Shown here: positions 12,140-24,194 of the stretch, piece by piece
Numbering within the stretch: the first letter of the stretch is position 1
Layout: each line of letters opens with the position of its first letter
Source of the DNA: Trichodelitschia bisporula
Lineage: Eukaryota
NCBI GenBank assembly: GCA_010356995.1
Contig: ML996697.1
Span: 182,153-246,152, forward strand
Length of the DNA: 64,000 nucleotides
Reading direction: 5' to 3'
Program-made: the position numbers and the translations under genes
The notes under the pieces: model-generated
What the model was told of the DNA's origin: nothing
The model's database searches: none
What the model saw: the letters and a program-made list of their open reading frames with translations, nothing else

Positions 12140-12794
12140 CTTCTCTTTTGCACTTTGGTGTATATTTTTTTGCTCTGTTGTGCTGTCCGGCGCAATGGGA
12201 TTGTGGGAGGTGGGCTTAAGATGGAATGGAGGGGGCGTGAGAAAGCGCTGGAGGACGTTGAGAGCGCGGGGTATGGCAATCTACCACAGCTGAATTTTGT
12301 CATCGTCATCCGTGGTGTGGGGGATCGGCTCGTTAAGCGGCTCTTAGGGTCGGCCATCTACCGTATGTCGTCCAACGTCTGGTGATGTCGTTAACCAGGT
12401 GAGGGGAGGCAGATGACGATTCGGTGATCTTAACTGGCAAGCTAAAGCTTTAGCTGGTTTGCACCATCCACACTAGCTAAGAGAATGAGTAGCGAATATC
12501 AAGATCGTTTGCCGTTAGACTAGGCTTGAGCATGATAGTCGCCACTGGGATTGATATGCCTTTTGCAGACGGCTTGACAACAGTTTGCTCCTCACACACG
12601 AAGCGCAGCAATTGTGAGCTAGAGACCAACGAAGAGTCAATCGTGCCAGGCGTGTCACTGCCCAAACTCATGAAATTTCAGCCCATATCTAAGCCTACTC
12701 CATTTATCTCACGATGACAGAGATCCATAGAAAAGACCTAGCCCGCAGCAAACGCTAAACCGACATCAGACACCCCCAGAAGGGTTCGCAACTA

Positions 12795-13335
12795 CTACTT
12801 CTTCTTGCCATAGGTCTTCGGTTCGCCGATATTCTTGCCGCGCAGATGCACACGCAGCACCTTCTCCATATCGATGAGCACCTTCTCATTCGGCGGCGCA
12901 GAGCCACGCTCGAAATCCGCCACAATGGTGGGAGTCTGGTTGATCTTCGTCGCCAGATCGCGCTGCGTCATCGGCTGGCCCTTATCATTCTTGGCCTCTG
13001 AGCGCGCCTTCTTGATCGCGTCGCCCACTTGCACGCCGATCGTCTTCGGCTTCACGATGTCGTCGGCCCGGTCTACCTTCGTGAGGTGCTGGCCCTCGGT
13101 GCCGCCGCGCTGGGGAGATGTTAGAAGGGTGATTAAGAGAGGGTGGTGGGGATGAGCCCTGGAGTGTACGCACCGAGTTCGACCCGCCGAACTTCTTCTC
13201 CGTGTTAATGTCCGCGCCCTGCCGCCGCGCGGCGTTGAGCTGCGCCTCGCTGCGGATGACTTTCTCGCGGGAGGCTGCAGCGCCGCCGGCACGGGCCTTG
13301 CTCCCAATCTTGGTGACCGTGTCCCAGTCGTCCAT
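12795..13335 (-). CDS. MBF1: Multiprotein bridging factor 1 (HTH coactivator), 158 aa
   Basis: Exons 13335-13174 and 13109-12795; [13 protein letters not shown]...LNAARRQG...[11 protein letters not shown]...[10 protein letters not shown]...LRGKNIGEP. Confidence 0.96.
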
Positions 13336-14051
13336 GGTTGCGGGTTGAGGGGCTTGTGTGGGGATGTGGAAAGACGGTGTGGGTGGCGGGAGTGAGGGGA
13401 AGGGGAGCTGAGGACTTGGTGAGTGTGGGGGGTGGATGGGTGGACTGGTGTTGTTTGTTGAAGAGTTGTGCTGCTGGAACGGTGAGTGGGGGGAGCTTCG
13501 TGGGAATATATACCACGTACGGAGGGTCGGGGGCTGTGGCTGTGGAGGGGGATGCTGATGTGTGCACTTGGTGAGTCGACGGCCGGAGTTTGTGCTGAGC
13601 TCTCTGAGTGGCTGAGCGGGGGCGATGTACAAGTTTGGACACCCCGATTCTGGCGCCTTCTCCCAAAGTGGCGGTGGCGGCCTTGTCGCCTGGGGCTGAA
13701 GGGCTCTTTGGCTGCAAACGACTTCAAACAACTCAACAACCGGTGATGCGGGCACATCCTAAGCCCGTTGCCTGGCTTGTCAGCCTCGTTGCACAAAATC
13801 ATCAAGGGTCTCAAAAGAGGTTTGTTGGTTCTCATTGTCAGGTTCATCTAAGAAATAGCATGTACACTGGACAACACCAGTAATGCATGAGTAACGCCCA
13901 TATAGTGTATCCCAGCCTGCAATTTGAAGAATGAGGGTAACACCGCCGTATCCCCACTTATGGGGCTCATCCAATCCGCAATCAAGAATCTAGCCTCAGG
14001 GAACAAGCAGCCTTGCCACCCACTTGCCGGAACATCAAGCAACCAACAGCA

Positions 14052-16435
14052 CTATTCGTCAATCCCCAACGCCTGTGTAGCCTTCAGGTACGTATCCCAG
14101 GGCGTCAAGGCGCCGAGCGCCCGCTTCATATGCGCATTACAGAGAGTCAATCCATAGACATAACTGGCGTTCACCCATCCAAAACTGTCGAATCAGCATA
14201 CGTCAGAGCAAAACAAGACGAAGACGCTTACCCTTCACGCGGCACACCCTTGAAATCGGCTCCTTGGTTTCCATACTCAGCTTCAACCCTGTGCGGATCA
14301 ATTTCTCGCGTGACGTTGTACTTCTCCACCACAACTCCGTTGAAATCGACAAAAGCCTTTGTGACCATGTAACACCACCGATAGGCGAGACGCTGTGCTT
14401 CCTCTTCGAAGCCGTACCGCTGGAGACCGACCCAGGCGAGCATCTGCTGTGGTGCCCATCCGTACGGGTAATCCCACTGCCGGTTAGGACGGTCGATACC
14501 AACGGGCCCACGAGACTCCTCGGTACCCGACACCAGTCCACCGAAGACTTCAAGCTGGGGAAGGGCCTCGCTGACGAGCACTGCGGCTTGACGAGGAGTC
14601 GCTACGCCGGCCCACATCGGCCAGAAGGTTGTGGCACTCTTGTACTTCGTCTGCTCCTGTTTTACCGTGTTGTAGTCGAAAAACATACCAGCATCCTCGT
14701 TCCAAAGGTACTTTTCCATTGCAATGCGCCGCTTGCGTGCTCGGCGATCCCAGGAGGCAGAAGTTTCGAAATGGCCATCTTTCATCTCCTTGGTACGCCA
14801 TTCAGCAGGAATAACAAGCTTGTCCTTCCAGAAGGTGCGAATGCAGCGGCCGATATCGGTTTCATACTTGTACAACAAGGAGTTGAGGTCAACGGTCGCA
14901 AGATCAGCGCATACCTTCTCCAGACGGTAGGACGTGTCGTGACCGGATTCCCGAACGGCCCTATCATGCATGAAGTAGACATCCAGCTCGGGCTCGTCCA
15001 CTCGGCGGTGATTGTACGCATCCACGAACTCGGTGAACGTCATGTTGTGTTTCTTGGCGTAAGGTTCTAGGACATGTACAAAGTGGGAAGCCTCCGTCTC
15101 AGGTGGCACGCCAATTCCGCCAGGACGGTATCTCGAGAGGCCGGTCACGGGGTCCAAACGCGGAGCCGACATCCAGACCGAGTAATACTCCTTGATTGCC
15201 GCCAAAATGGCCGTTTTGAAAAAATCCATGGCGTCGGGTTCATGCTTGATGCGTTCGTACGCGCGCAAAGCCATGTCGGTTAGAAAAGGAGGCTGCGATC
15301 GGCACAGGTAGTACGAGCGATTAGCATTGAGGATCTTGCCATAGTGCTTGATGCAGAAGCAAAAATTCTGCACCATCGATTTGACCAAATCGACCCGATC
15401 ATTGACGAGCAATCCTAAAGACTCCATATAGCTGTCCCATCCGTAAAGCTCGTTGAAGCGGCCTCCAGGCACGACAAATGGCAGACCACGCAAATCTTTC
15501 GAACCGTCTGCTTTTGTGTACTCCTCCATAGCAACCGCAAGGAGACCGGGTGCCTCGTTCAGATCGCGCACGTAGTCGTCGTTGTCGCATGCATCGGCCA
15601 GCCAACGGACATCCAGGCGCATTTCCGGATGCTGCTGGGCAATTTTCGAGTAGTATTCATGCTGCTCCGGTGCTCCTTTAGGAATGTAGATGCGAGGACG
15701 CGGATCCGGTGTCCAGTCCTTTGGGTCCCGACCGACGAGTGCGATATTCGAGCCATCGATCCGACGAACCAGATTGGGCCAGAAGTGATCCTTGACCAGC
15801 CTCGAGAGACGGCTGACGGGATTCTCGTTCAGTCTAGCCTCGTCGAGAATGATGCTCTTGCGGCCAAAGTCTTTCGCGAGCGTGAGCTCCTGCAAGAGGT
15901 TCGACAGGAGGTATGTGCCCCGCACATCGAAGCGGTTATACCCTCCGGATGCAGCGGTTCCCAGGGACAGTACCTATTACAAAGGTCAGGAGCCAAGGCC
16001 TTGCCAAAATAGCAATTGGGCTCACTTTTGGACCCAGATCTTCAATTGTGATCTGCTCGTTCCTGTCCGTATCCTCGCGCTCCAGTAGCATCTTTAGCGT
16101 TTCATTGACCGGGATAAGGAACTTGCGGGGCTGGGAGCTGTGCTCATCTGGCAAGATCAATATCTGAAGTGCTGGGACGTCGGAAAAACATACCGTGGCT
16201 CGATCGCCTCGAGGCATTCTTGAGGGCTGTCAGCTGCTGGTTGCGCACAGCGGAGTCAATTATCTGTGAAGGTTAGCACGTACTGCGAGGACGCCTGCAG
16301 GGCTTGACACACCGAAGAATATGTCCGGACCCGGGCATTGCGTCCTTTGTGTGATTCCCCATAGTAAATATGGGCAGCAGACAGAGGATCGAGGTCAATT
16401 GTGGGCTGCCGATGGAGAGGCAACTGTGAACCCAT
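14052..16435 (-). CDS. NTH1: Neutral trehalase (GH37, Ca-binding N-terminal region)
   Basis: Exons 16435-16313, 16263-16194, 16147-16026, 15973-14232, 14184-14052; RVRTYS and RRSSH PKA-type sites, [12 protein letters not shown]a-binding loop, [44 protein letters not shown]. Confidence 0.97.
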
Positions 16436-18634
16436 CGTGGGGTTGTCACCGGAAGTTCCGTCAATGACGTCGGTGGTTGGCTAGGGTGCGCTAGCGATGG
16501 TTGGTTGCGGGGAGTGGAGGATGCTCGCAAAGTTCTTATACGCGTGTGCGAATTTGTGAAGACTGGGACTGTCACACAAAGGCTGTCGAAGGCGGGTGTA
16601 ACGGAGAACAATGTCTATCGGAGTGCAGTGGGTGGGGAGCCGTGGTGGTATGTAGGTTAGATGCGTATTTTGGCGGTAAGGACAGCAGTGGAGAAGCGGT
16701 TGGTGGGGACTATCCTAGGAATCTGTGTGGCAATGATGCACCTAGCGCTTGGCAGCAGTGCGTGGGAGATCAGTGGGGTGGTTGTTAGATTGAATGGAGG
16801 ACGGGGACGGAACGGGTTCGGTCTTAGGGTAGGGTCTAGCTACGTATGCGCGTGGTGAGATTCTTTTGCTCGAAGGTTCCGGAGAGAGAGGATACAGCTT
16901 TATGTGCAGAGGAGGGCGCAAGAGAAGACGGTAGGTATTTTAAGGGCGGCGGGTGGGCGGGTGAAGAGAAGAGTGGAGAGAGGGTGATGAAATGTACAGG
17001 TAAGAAGGGCATGACGATGGCGATAGGACCCAGTCCTTCCTAGCGTGAGCCAGGCAGCGGCAACTCGCTTTGCTGGAATGCACGATGTGTTGCACGGGAA
17101 CAAAGAAGGTGCGCCTGCCGCTTGGTGGGGGAGTCGTGGGGCAACAATGGCAACTGGTGGGGGGGAGTGAGCGAAATGCTGTGAGGAATATCAGCACCGG
17201 AGCGGGATCTCCAGTTCCATCCTGCATCATACATCATACATCGCGCTTTTGCTCCGCTCTCCCATCACTATCCAAGATAGGATAGGTACTGCTGCTCATT
17301 GCTCCTCATAGGTGCTGGAACGCTGTACTTGCTGCTTGGTCCCTGGGAAGGCGTGGAACAAAGGAGCAATGGGATCCCATGGCCTTGAGGGCTACCTGCA
17401 TAGCACAAGCTGTTGAGAATAGGTTATCCTATCCGATCTTGCTTAGAATAGGATTAAAAGCCATGGCTATCCCTAAATCCGATGCAAGCCTTCGCCTGTA
17501 CCCTCCATCAGACCGTTACCCCAGTTCTCTTGAGGTTAAGAGACGTTACTGGCTTGTCTTGCTTGTCAACCCACGACCCCAGGTTGACCTAAGCTGACCC
17601 AAGCGCCCGCTCAAGCACTCAGGGACCAACAACACGATCCAATGACTCTCATCATCACCGCTCCATTCAAAAAAGCTTCAGGGTCGCGTGCAACCATCGT
17701 GTGCACGACATGCTGGCCATCAGGGCCTGGCCGAATCACTGATCACCAGTCCATTTGGACTTCGAGGCGACGTGGGGGGCGCACGCGACTCTTTTGTGCC
17801 TCTCCGGACTCCGGCCGCTTCACAAAAGCCACCATGATGCCCTTCCCGTTCTTCGTTTGCCTTCCTGAACGGGCTTGAGAGTGGGCAAGCCATCGTGCAC
17901 CCACGCTCTGGATTGCCCCGCACCCTTCCCGTTCGCCTCACCACGATGGTTGCTGCAAGCGCGGGATGAAAGTGGCATGATTGGGGGCGGCAAGCGACAA
18001 CAGCGTGCACTCTGTACATGCGGAAAGGCGGTACGTGTCGCTGCACATGCATCGTGAATTGGCCAATTCCACTGGCTAATCATGACAGCACTCCGTGAGT
18101 CATGCAGATGCCTGTCCATCAATCTTCCGGAAGACTGTTGCATGCTGTTCTAAGGTCGTAAAGTCACGATGCTGACATCTTTCAAGCAACAACGTCGCCC
18201 AGAATGGAGGCTCGTGTACCCAATTACAAATCTGTCACCTAGTCAGTTGCTTTCGCCCACTTTCCCGCACTTTGCTCAGCGTCTGCAAGGCCTTATCTTC
18301 ATTCCACGATCGCGAATTTGCTGAAGATACCTGGGGCCTTCAACTAAGGAGCGGCCTGAATGCGATGCAAACCACAGCGGCCATGCCCCAACGTCCAAAG
18401 CGGCGACAACCACGCATAGTCGAGTTCACGAGATATTCGGCAGCTTTCTGGTTCTTCAGTAACTTGATTTTGGGGGCACATGCGCACTACTCTACAGGAA
18501 AGATGTGTCCTGTCTATGGAACCGCGAGAAAACAAGCAAAAGTCAAATACGAACTTCGGCCATTAAATCCATAGCTTGAAAGGCGCACAGCTCGACAGAA
18601 ATGCAACCCGAGGCAACCAGTCCCACAGCGCAAT

Positions 18635-19226
18635 CTATTCCTTCTTACGACTCCCATTCAGAGTGCGCTTCGCCAAACGGGTCTGTCTTCGAACTCTCTG
18701 CTTCCCATCGGCCACAGCCTCGCCGAGGCCCTCTCCTGCCCGCGAGTACTCAACGTGCGCTCCATCCAGCCACCTTTCCTGGACAGTGTTCGGATCTCCC
18801 TGCTCAATTCCGTGGTCCTTCATGTACGTCCGATCTAGCCAAGGTTGGGGGCTATCAGTTGGGCTGCAAGCCCTGAACCGCTCTAATGGGGTGGCTCCCG
18901 AAGATTGTTGAGCGGCAGGATCCCAAAAGGAATTCCAAACCTTGTTGAGCTCTCTCCGAGACTCCTCACTGGTATACAGCATTCTGTCTGCTTCCAGTTC
19001 TTCGTCGGTCTTGAATATGCAAGGCTCGGAATCCGGACGGTGATGGGCAAGATATGCCCCGGAAGCCTCATTCAGTCTCTCCACTCGAGCGAGCTGGCTC
19101 ACGTAGGCCTGCAGTGCTGCTTGTTGTTCCTGCCGGGCGTCAAACAGAACTCAGCAATGGCCCTGACAGAGTGCTTACCTCAGTATAATCCTCCGCCTCA
19201 ATGATCTCGGGCTGGTTGTTATTCAT
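18635..19226 (-). CDS. Hypothetical protein (~180 aa, 2 exons)
   Basis: Exon 19226-19179 (MNNNQPEIIEAEDYTE), GTAAGC...CAG intron 19178-19130, in frame with the 155-aa ORF; basic C-terminus; no recognised family. Confidence 0.6.
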
Positions 19227-22200
19227 CGTACCGACTGGGTTTTATATGAATGAGATGTTGTGAAGGTGTACAGCTGGTACACTGTTGTAAGTACTTCTAT
19301 TCTTCTTGAGCTCCGTCCTTGTACTTTTTTGGGGTTGTGTTGTCGTTCGATACTGGTGGCGAAGTGTCTATGACTTCACTGTTAGTCATATCACTTCTGC
19401 TTTCTGCGCTTAAACACCAACCGCTTCTGTTATTGGCCTACGTTTCTGTCCAAGGCAGTAGGGTTATGATGGCGGATTTTGTGAATGCTGCTTGCTTCAG
19501 TCTTGTCCTGCAATGTCAATGACCGACTAACCCGTGGCCAGATGAATGAGAGTTCTCGAATCGCAATTGCCTACGGATAGGCTCTGTGCAGCAGCGGCCC
19601 ACCTCACGCTTGTAGAGAGCTGGGGATTGGTGACAAGTAAATGGTACGAAGTGCTAAACTGGACAGTAAGTTCGCCCGCCGCGGGGTTTTGAGGATCCAA
19701 TGCACGGCCAAGGTGTGAAGGGCTGCGGCGCACGATGATTAGGGCGTTGAACCTGATTTGCAACTGGGTGGAAGAATGATAACTAAGAGGCGTAGCGGGA
19801 GGAATTGTGAGGTCTGAGAGCATAATGCAGATATGGGCAGAGACAAATACTTATGTACACTCTAGGATATCGAAGCAATGGCCCCAGGTTGGGCGAAACG
19901 GAAGACGGCTGTCAACTGCGCAACTGCAGACGAATGATGCCTGGAAGTAGGAGCACTGAAGCGCTTCATTTTCCTTTTCCTTGGTTTCCTGCCTTGCATT
20001 CCCCGCGATACTCGACGCCCTCCTTTAAGGACCACCACATCGGCCCAAAGCTCCCACGGCTCCCTACCGATATTGCCGATCAGTATCACGCACCGACATC
20101 CGACAGATTATTTCCCGGCAGAAACTTGTGGCGTTTTTCGGGACGCCACAGCCGTCGACAAGAGTCACATGGGGTTAGATGTGAAACATCGCAGCGCCAC
20201 GATTTGCACCCAAGGCCTCGCGCTCGCAACCATCTGAGGATGCGATTCACACTCGAGTTAACTTCCGTACTCGAGACGTGACCTGCCAAACGGCCTCTAG
20301 ACTTCCTGCCCACTTCATAGGAATCAATGCATTCTCAATGCCGTGAGCTAAAGATGCGCTTTCTACTCCTCATAATCGCACGGTTGGCAAGGCTGGGACT
20401 AGAGACACGGGCCAACGCGATAATACGGTAGAAGGAGCGGCACGGAATCACCAGCCCGACCGTTGGCTAGAATTGCCTGATTAGAGTTGCCTAGCTGCCC
20501 GTAGAGTTTTCGCCCTGGCCGCGGCGTTACCTGACCGTAGTGTTACGTGAGGAAGGAGCAACTTCGCACGGCACTTTTGCAACTTCAGCTGCGAGCACAT
20601 CAGAACTGCCCGGGCACCTCGGAGAAGTCCGGCTCTGCATCCCAACCCTCACATCACATACTGTCGAGTACCATCGTCATCACTGTCGTGCGCACAGCAA
20701 ACGTTTTATCCATTGGCGCGGGATTCCTTTGCTGCAAGTTCAGTAAGGCGGGTTGGATGCAGTTGAAGACGGAACCAGCTCTTCCGCTTCCCCGGACGCC
20801 CTGGAGTGGTAGCACGATCTCATCATTGGGAGACATGAGGCTCAATCAACCTTTGGGACCATCAAGTCGCTCGGTAAACACCACAGCTTTGCAAGGCGGC
20901 GGTCAACTGACACTCTCGTGGTGATGATATCACCAGCTGGCCCATGTTGTCCAACCCGATTTGCATTTCCAGGGCCAATGGCAGCATTCAGGCGCGAGCT
21001 CTGTTTGCCAATCGGAGCGCGATGTCTATTTGCACTGATAAACTTCATCTACATTTTGCCCCCGAGTCAGGAACCATACAAGGGCGCTAGTGAAGCAGAG
21101 TTCACTTCACTTGCATAAGCCCTGTGCAACAACATAACCCCTTCCTCACGTCCCGTTGTCGTGCTTCCAAACTCGATTTCATCGTCGGACTCCGGGATTG
21201 CATCCGCTTCCCCACGAGCCGAATCCTCTGTACAACCGTTGCGCCCCGCAGTTTAGCTGCAGAAAATTGCCCTGCCGTGCGGTGCTCCCACGAGTTTGAT
21301 CCTCTTGCTCCCGCGTGGTGCCGGCAAGTACAGCGACCAAACGGAAACAAAGCTTCCGCAGCCGTATCCAATCACAAAATCAATATTTCAGAGATCGGCA
21401 CCACCACCTAGTAGTGCCGATACCACATGATCTATCCGTGCTATCTTCACCGACCCGCAGCTTGCAAGGTCGGCACGGCCCTTGAACGATCCGCCCGGGC
21501 CCTAATCCGACAACCGTTCGCTGTATTTCCAGGCTGAACAGTAAGCCTGAGCGTGATGATCCATGGGGAAGCGCGCGCTTGGCTTTCCAAATCAAGCTAA
21601 AAGGAAATTAACGATTCAGCCTTACTCCACCACAATGCACATCATCCATCACTCCACATCGTTTCCCCGTCAGACATTCTAGAAGTCTCTTTCCTCTCCG
21701 ACGGGTCCTACCGTAAATGGGAGTGTCTACCGTGCCGTAGGTCCACCTAACTTAACCGGATGAAATTCCCGTAGGAATGCCATGAAGGTCCTCCACAGCG
21801 CGAACCTCTCTTCTAGAAAGTGAGTTAACAGGCCCGATATCATGCCCCTGCTAAAGATGGCGAATCTCCTCGACACCGCTCTTTTGCTTCGAACAATTGG
21901 TCCCCGGGCGTCGTTCCTGGCACGCACGGATGAGATATCGTCCTATCAGGGAACCATGCAACCACCCGGACCACCTGGCAATATTATTTCAGCACCGCAC
22001 TGGAGAAGAAAGCGTTCATCACCTCAAAGATACCTAGGACTAGTTCTTGAGTGGACTGGCAAAGTGATCACAAGACGCTTTGTGGAAAAGTGTTGGGGAT
22101 GAGGCCGGCCTTTGGCGTCCCCTTGGTCTCAAGGGTCCGAGGGTCCTTCCGCGCGGGAAACCCGACAATGCCAGATGAAAGGCGCATTCATGCAAGCCGC

Positions 22201-22353
22201 GAGATGACTGGCTGCCGCATCTCTGACGTGTCGCTGTCTCCGCACGTCACTAATTTACATCCGTAGGGTACTACTCGTATGTATCGGCCTTGAGAAGTAT
22301 CACGTCTTGCTATTGTACGGTACTACTACGTATGGCTCGTGCTGGCCACGTGT

Positions 22354-22430
22354 GGAGGTGTACGTGTACCTCGGAGGGTGTACGTGTACCTAGGAGGGCA
22401 TACGCGTACTTAGAGGGTGTAAGCCTACAA
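22354..22430. repeat. Degenerate ~20-bp tandem repeat, about 4 copies
   Basis: GGAGGTGTACGTGTACCTC / GGAGGGTGTACGTGTACCTA / GGAGGGCATACGCGTACTTA / GAGGGTGTAAGCCTAC. Confidence 0.7.
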
Positions 22431-22529
22431 GGACTCCCTCCCACCTTCCATACCACAGCACCACACATTACATTTGCCAGCAAACAACGCCAACACAACG
22501 CCTTTGGCTGATGAGCCACATTCTGCACA

Positions 22530-24194
22530 ATGCCAAACTCAGAGCCCCTTCGTCAGCTCAAATAAGCCGTCCCAGATGCTTCCACTGCTCCCTACGTGCC
22601 CTCCGAGCTGGAAGCGGACCTGTACTTCTACGGGTTCTCGAACAGGCCGGCTCTCATTGCTCGCTTCAGCTGGAACATTTGGGCGAGGCCCTAGGGTCCC
22701 TGGCCCATACTGGAGCCCAATAGCATGGTCGAACTCGGCCCTCACGCCCTCACTGCCGTCTGGGAGGAGATTGTCAGTCCCGCCTTCGCTCGTTGTCTCG
22801 ACGAGAAGGGGTCCAGACATACACCATGACCCCCGTTCGCATTGCTACGGAGTCCTTTTACAATGATAAGGGAGAGAAAGTGCAACCTGACTCTCCCACC
22901 GTCGTTCTCATAGGAGTCCCGCCTGACTCTCTCACCCACGAGACTGGCATCGAGGTAGCCGTCGCGTGCCGTAACATCCTCATCGAAAATTCTCTCTACG
23001 CCGTCCACGTCGAGATCAAGGGTTCCACGCCCACCCTATCTGCTAGTCTTTACAGGCCTCTCCCTAGGTCTTACCTTCTTCACCGCAGCATGGCACCTTT
23101 CACCACTTGCGTTGGTCTCTCCATCTGCAGCGCCAATATGACTTACTGCAAAGGGACGGCAGGCTTCTACTTCGTCGACTCTACGAAGCCTGGAAAGCTC
23201 TTTCTCCTTACTGCCCGGCATCTTTTGTTCTCTCCCGACGAGGAAAAAAACGAGCTGTACGTCTATGAGGGGAGTGCGCCGCAGAGGAAGGTAATGTTGC
23301 TAGGACAGCATGCCTTTGATGAGAGCGTCAAGGCCGTCAAGCGGGAGCTCAGTTATCTGGAGACCCGCCTCTCCGAGCTCGAAGAAATTGAGACTACGGA
23401 GTGGCTTGCTAGTTTGAGCGAGACGGATCGCGGATACGAAATAGCCGCAATTGAGGCTGAGAAGAAGAGGGTAAACAGGGCGATTCCAGCATTAAAGAAA
23501 TTGCTCGACGAAGTTCTCCGAGACTGGGAGAAGGAGCAAAATTGTGTTATTGGCCACGTCGTCTTGTCCCCGCCCATCAGCTTTAACGTCGACAGCAGCG
23601 GATATACCGAAGATTGGGCCATTGCTGAAGTCCACGACACCATGATCTCCGAGGCTAAGTTTGTGGGGAACGTCATCCAGCTTGGCTCCGTAGGCAGGGA
23701 CGATTTGGTATCTTGGATGTGCCCGAGCGACACCAGTCCGCTTCCCTTCAAGTACCCCTACACCGACCTCCTCCGCATCTCGAAAAAATCTCTGACGACG
23801 ACATGCTCAGTCCTCCTACGGGTACTAGAGCTAGAGATGGGGACAACGAGGAGGTGACCATGGTCATGAAGAATGGAAGGCCTCGGGCCTAACTGTTGGC
23901 CGCCTCAACAACGTCCGTTCGGTCAATCGCTATCACTTCCAGGGACAGCCTACCGCGTTGTCGAGGGAGATAGCCGTTCTCTCTCGTGGCCAGTGGTCTT
24001 CTTTTTCTGCGCGGGGAGACTCCGGTTCTATCGTGGTTGATGGTGTGGGCGGCGTCTGTGGTGTCCTCACTGGGGGAGAGGGATGCGATGGACGTTTGGG
24101 CGTCACCTTCGTCACCTCCATCAACTTCCTCTTCAAGCGCCTCGAGAACAATGGCTACAACGCCAACATCTTCATCACTGCAGATGACCTCTGA
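22530..24194 (+). pseudogene. Disrupted fungal trypsin-like (GDSGS) serine-protease-domain gene
   Basis: Reconstructed frame has in-frame TAA (22563) and TAG (22692) and frameshifts near 22809, 23786 and 23879; motifs LLTARH, EDWAIAE, GLTVGRLN, FSARGDSGS give a His-Asp-Ser triad order. Confidence 0.8.

Noticed and set aside
12795..13847. 350-aa ORF overlapping MBF1
   Set aside because: Read-through of promoter, UTR and intron; the spliced 158-aa MBF1 model explains the conserved part
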